This document shows positions 17,435 to 21,098 of a stretch of DNA of 21,098 nt, piece after piece. The stretch spans positions 1 through 21,098 of the forward strand of contig JAZSIR010000015.1 in the NCBI GenBank assembly GCA_045533905.1, read 5' to 3'. This DNA is from Clostridia bacterium. GTDB taxonomy: Bacteria; Bacillota; Clostridia; UMGS1883; UMGS1540. Made by a program: the position numbers and the translations under genes. The notes below the pieces were generated by a model. The model made no database searches and had not been told where the DNA came from. It worked only from the letters and a program-made list of their open reading frames with translations. Position 1 is the first letter of the stretch; the number at the start of each line of letters is the position of its first letter.

Positions 17435-19891
17435 TTATCCTGTCATAAGTCCGTATTTTGCCTTGATCCGCTCCAGCTTTTCAAGCATGGGGTCTGTGAT
17501 AAGCCAGAGGAAAAAGGCTGTGGCGGACGCGTGAATAAGGTCAACAGGTGCACCTGCAATGTATGCGGCCGCAAGCATTTCCCACGTGATTTTATTCTGC
17601 CACATAATCACAGAAGCAGGATTCATAATGCCGCCATAGATGAAAAGCGCCGTCAAAAAACCGAATATGCAAAGGAATATTTTGTTTTTTCCAAGGACTT
17701 TTCGGGAAGAAAGAACGCCTGCGATAAAACCGATGATACCTAAAGAGAACATCTGCCAAGGCGTCCACGGCCCCTGCCCGAAGAAAAAGTTTGAAACAAA
17801 GGCGGTGACGGCACCTACCAGAAAACCCGTCTCCCCACCGAAGCACACGCCGGAAAGAACAACAAGTGCAAGCGTTGGTTTGAATTCAGGAAGCATAAAG
17901 AAGGCGGCGCGGCCGGAAACGGCAATGGCGCATAGCGCGCTCACAAGCACCAGTTCCCGCGCTCTTGGTTTTCTCCGTTCAAACGCCATGCCGAATGGGA
18001 TCATCGCCTCCGCCAGAAGGAGGAAGCTTAAAATATAATACTTTCTTGCACCGAGGAACCTGTTGCCAAAATAAAGAGTAAACGGTATAAGCAGAAAAAG
18101 CCAGAAGGGCGCCGGAAATGTTCCCTGTTTTTGTTTTGCGCGGGATTCGGGTGCCTCTGCATATTCGACAGCATCCTTTTCTTTTGGGCCTGCGCCGCTT
18201 TTGGGCGTGGGCGTTTTTTTATCTTGCCCCCTCTTGCCGCCAAGCGCCAGAATAACATCCTCGGCCAAAACAGCATCCGGAAGGCAATGCCTTGCCATAC
18301 GGTTTGCGGCCGTCGTATAAAAATGCTTGCCGCTGAAAAATGTGCGCGGTGTGCCCTCTGAAGTGATGGCGCCGTCAAAGAAAAGCGCGCAGCGGTCCGC
18401 ATAGGCGGCACAAAACTCAATATCGTGTGATACCATAAGCACGGCTACGCCGCGTGCCCTGAGGACAGAAAGGATACCCGCAAATTCTTCTTTGAAGGCG
18501 GCGTCCATCCCTTTTGTCGGCTCATCCAGAAGAAGGATTTCCGGCGCTGCCAGAAGGATTTTTGCAAGGGCCGCCCTCTCCTTTTCGCCGCCCGACAAAT
18601 CGTACGGATGATATTCCAGAAGCTTTTCTATTTTGCAAAGCGCCGCAACTTCCTGTATCTTCGCTTCCTGCTCTTCCTGCGAAAGTGTGCTTTCCGCCAG
18701 CATCTCCCGCAAATCCAGATGCACGGTTTTCCGGGTAAACACGCTCTCGGGGTTTTGCGGCAAAACGCCAAGGAATCCGTGATACAAATTCCAGATTTTG
18801 GAGATGCTTTGTCCTTTTATAAGCACCTCGCCCCGGTATGGCCTATAAAGGCCCGCCGCGAGGGAAAGTGCGGTTGTTTTCCCTGTTCCGTTGCCGCCCA
18901 AAATGCAAAAGAGCTCGCTTTTTTTAAGCTGCAGGTTAAGGTCCTTTATCACATCGGGCATTTCCTTTTCGTACCGGAACCAGGCCCCCTTAATTTCGAG
19001 CACCGTCTCGCCATCTCTTTGCGGGGCATCTTTGGGGATTGCATCGGCGTTTACGGCATTTTTACTCGTATATTCTGAAAGCCACGCTCTCCCCTCTCTT
19101 ACCGACACCGGGCACGGCAGAGAATTCGGCACCGCACTATGTACGCGCACCGGCGTTGGGAGGGCCCGGTACATCGCATTCCCGTTCACCTTCAAAATCT
19201 CCCCTATTTCTCCGGGCGCCGCATCGGCAATGATTTTGCCTTCCTCCATCACAAGCACTCTGTCTGCAAACGGGAACGCCTCTTCAAGGCGATGCTCGGT
19301 GAGAATTACGGTCACGCCGAGCTCGCGATTAATTTTTTCAAGAATTTTCAAAAATTCGCCGGCCGCGATGGGGTCCAGCTGACTTGTAGGCTCGTCCAGT
19401 ATTAAAACGGACGGCTCCTGCACCATAACGGAGGCGAGGTTCAAAAGCTGCTTCTGTCCGCCTGAAAGCTCTGTCACTTTTTTATAAAACCAGTTCTGTA
19501 TGCCGAAAAAGGATGCCATTTCCGAAACGCGTGCGCGGATCTCAGGTGTTGTATACCCAAGGCTTTCAAGGCCGAAGGCAAGTTCGTGCCACACCGTATC
19601 GGTTACAATCTGATTTTCGGGATTCTGCATCACAAAGCCGATGCGCGCAGCTTGTTCCCGTGCATCCAGAAAAGAGGCTTCCCTTCCTTCGAAACGGATG
19701 CTTCCGTGCATTTTTCCAAAAGGAGCAAGCGACGGTTTTAAAAGCCGTAAAAGCGTTGTTTTTCCGCAGCCGGATTTTCCGCACAGCAAAACAAACTCGC
19801 CCGCGCCTACGCTGAACGTAACATCACGAAGCGCCGCATCTGTTCTATGCGGATATGTGAAACTCAAATTTTTGACCGCGATGCTTTCCAT
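17435..19891 (-). CDS. ECF transporter fusion: tandem ATPase domains plus C-terminal S component (CbrT-like, cobalamin-related)
   Basis: Two ABC domains (GKSGCGKT/LSGGQ/LDEPT and GGNGTGKT/LSGGE/LDEPT/SHD), a K/P-rich linker, then hydrophobic FKPTLALVVLSG..GFLVG..SNFFFGQGPWTPWQM. GGGAGGTG RBS before ATG 19891. Confidence 0.88.
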   Translation of the reverse strand: MESIAVKNLSFTYPHRTDAALRDVTFSVGAGEFVLLCGKSGCGKTTLLRLLKPSLAPFGKMHGSIRFEGREASFLDAREQAARIGFVMQNPENQIVTDTVWHELAFGLESLGYTTPEIRARVSEMASFFGIQNWFYKKVTELSGGQKQLLNLASVMVQEPSVLILDEPTSQLDPIAAGEFLKILEKINRELGVTVILTEHRLEEAFPFADRVLVMEEGKIIADAAPGEIGEILKVNGNAMYRALPTPVRVHSAVPNSLPCPVSVREGRAWLSEYTSKNAVNADAIPKDAPQRDGETVLEIKGAWFRYEKEMPDVIKDLNLQLKKSELFCILGGNGTGKTTALSLAAGLYRPYRGEVLIKGQSISKIWNLYHGFLGVLPQNPESVFTRKTVHLDLREMLAESTLSQEEQEAKIQEVAALCKIEKLLEYHPYDLSGGEKERAALAKILLAAPEILLLDEPTKGMDAAFKEEFAGILSVLRARGVAVLMVSHDIEFCAAYADRCALFFDGAITSEGTPRTFFSGKHFYTTAANRMARHCLPDAVLAEDVILALGGKRGQDKKTPTPKSGAGPKEKDAVEYAEAPESRAKQKQGTFPAPFWLFLLIPFTLYFGNRFLGARKYYILSFLLLAEAMIPFGMAFERRKPRARELVLVSALCAIAVSGRAAFFMLPEFKPTLALVVLSGVCFGGETGFLVGAVTAFVSNFFFGQGPWTPWQMFSLGIIGFIAGVLSSRKVLGKNKIFLCIFGFLTALFIYGGIMNPASVIMWQNKITWEMLAAAYIAGAPVDLIHASATAFFLWLITDPMLEKLERIKAKYGLMTG

Positions 19892-20751
19892 CTTCTCACC
19901 TCCCAAAACTCAATAATGACAGGACATATACAAAGGAATAAATAGGATAAAAATAAGCTTATCCCAAAGGGAGAAAGCGCCTCCCCTTGGATAGACGGGA
20001 AATACTGAAACCGCATCCCGCCCTGTACGCTTCCACAAAGCGTGTATGTGCCCAAAAGCAAAATAGAAATCAGCACTTTCCTATCGCGCTCATCAAATGT
20101 AAATATCGAGAACGCCGTTCTCCCCGGGAGGCCATACCCGCGTGCCTTCATACTGTCTGCCGTGTCTATTGCTTCTTCCAGTGCCCACGTTATCATACAG
20201 GACAAAATGGAAAGCCCGTTCTTTGCGCGGCGTATAAGGCTGCCACGCGACGCATCGCGCCCCATCGTGCGCTGTACGCGGGTGACGACTTTCAGCTGTG
20301 CCGAAAACTTCGGCACAAACCGGAGCGTCATAGAAAAGATAAGCGAAAGGCCCGGAATGATTTTGCCGAAGAGATAGATGAATTTATCACTTGTCATCAC
20401 CTCGTTAAAAGAGGAAAAATGGCAGATAACGCTCGCAAGCATCGCGGCCGCACAAAGGCCGTACATAATGGATTCAAGCGTAAGCGGATTGCCGCTTGGG
20501 AAATACGCCAAAATGGTAGCACCTTCGTGATTAAAGAGCGGGTTTATAAGTGCCATCATAAGAAACATCGGAAGCATATAGAAAATGTTCACCTTGATAG
20601 CTTTTTTCCCCTTCAGCATCACGGAATATGCAAAGCCCGATGCAAGGGATATGCCAAGGCACACAGGATGCATAAAAAAGCAGGAAAACCCGATGACAAA
20701 CAGAAAATATATGAAATTTACAATCGGATGATATGTTTTAAATTCACGCAT
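19864..20751 (-). CDS. ecfT: ECF transporter transmembrane component T
   Basis: YHPIVNF, INPLFNHEG, MTLRFVP, and the coupling motif TADSMKARGYG. Confidence 0.92.
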   Translation of the reverse strand: MREFKTYHPIVNFIYFLFVIGFSCFFMHPVCLGISLASGFAYSVMLKGKKAIKVNIFYMLPMFLMMALINPLFNHEGATILAYFPSGNPLTLESIMYGLCAAAMLASVICHFSSFNEVMTSDKFIYLFGKIIPGLSLIFSMTLRFVPKFSAQLKVVTRVQRTMGRDASRGSLIRRAKNGLSILSCMITWALEEAIDTADSMKARGYGLPGRTAFSIFTFDERDRKVLISILLLGTYTLCGSVQGGMRFQYFPSIQGEALSPFGISLFLSYLFLCICPVIIEFWEVRRWKASRSKI

Positions 20752-20772
20752 ATATGCGCCCCCTTTCTTCGC

Positions 20773-20820
20773 AAATAAAAAGCTGCGGCAATTTTTCTTT
20801 GCAAAAAAATTACCACAGCT
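20773..20820 (-). terminator. Second terminator-like hairpin in the ecfT leader
   Basis: AGCTGTGGTAATTTTTTT-GCAA-AGAAAAATTGCCGCAGCT then TTTTATTT. Confidence 0.6.
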
Positions 20821-20866
20821 GTGTTTTTCTGTGATGGTTCACAATTTGTTTGCGCGACAGCGGCGT

Positions 20867-20912
20867 AAACAAAAACGCCATCCCTTATGCCCACGGCACG
20901 TACGGGATAACA
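20867..20912 (-). terminator. Riboswitch expression-platform terminator
   Basis: TGTTATCCC..TGCC-GTG-GGCA..GGGATGGCG then TTTTTGTTT, directly 3' of the aptamer. Confidence 0.75.
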
Positions 20913-20913
20913 C

Positions 20914-21091
20914 CAAAGCAGGTCTTGTGGCTCGCACCATATAGACAAATCTGTCTACATTTTTATATCCTGCCTTCTCAGTTTCCCAATGACTATCTTT
21001 CGATAACGGATATAAAAACATTCGATGCACACACCGACAGTTTAACCGCAGGGGATTCTCACCCCATTCCCTTTTCACCGGATACGCCTTG
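20914..21091 (-). ncRNA. Cobalamin (B12) riboswitch
   Basis: GGTGAAAAGGGAA-TGGGG-TGAGAAT-CCCC, GTCATTGGGAAACTGAGAAGGC, B12 box GAGCCACAAGACCTGC, P1 CAAGGC/GCTTTG. Lies upstream of the ECF genes. Confidence 0.92.
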
Positions 21092-21098
21092 CCAAAGC

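Noticed and set aside
17301-17534. 77-aa ORF over the tRNA
   Set aside because: Overlaps a canonical tRNA and a terminator; spurious.
20821-20845. preQ1-like stem plus A-rich tail in the ecfT leader
   Set aside because: The loop is only 4 nt and lacks the conserved preQ1 loop bases.
1-21098. CRISPR array or tandem repeat arrays
   Set aside because: No regularly spaced direct repeats seen in any intergenic region by eye.

Overview
Chromosomal segment of a Clostridia-type Firmicute (sigmaA promoters, AGGAGG RBSs, Firmicutes-type S15 leader, alpha2-type GlyRS). All host protein genes are on the minus strand. From right to left: a cobalamin riboswitch controlling an ECF transporter (ecfT plus a fused ATPase-ATPase-S-component gene); tRNA-Arg(CCG) on the + strand; rpsO-pnp-M16 peptidase-glyQS-phosphosugar mutase-rqcP; prfA; then a sodium:solute symporter-iorA-iorB-paaK-ACT-ynbB cluster, and feoA-feoB. 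The most notable feature is at the left end. feoB breaks off inside a conserved membrane-domain motif (KQALTM, then TGA TAA), exactly where the sequence turns AT-rich and carries a phage-like small ORF, its terminator and a long inverted repeat. This looks like the attachment junction of an integrated element. The feoA leader has a perfect Spo0A box and a mother-cell-sigma-like -10, which raises the hypothesis of a skin-like gene rebuilt by excision during sporulation. No integrase and no other half of feoB is visible in the window, so this remains inference.
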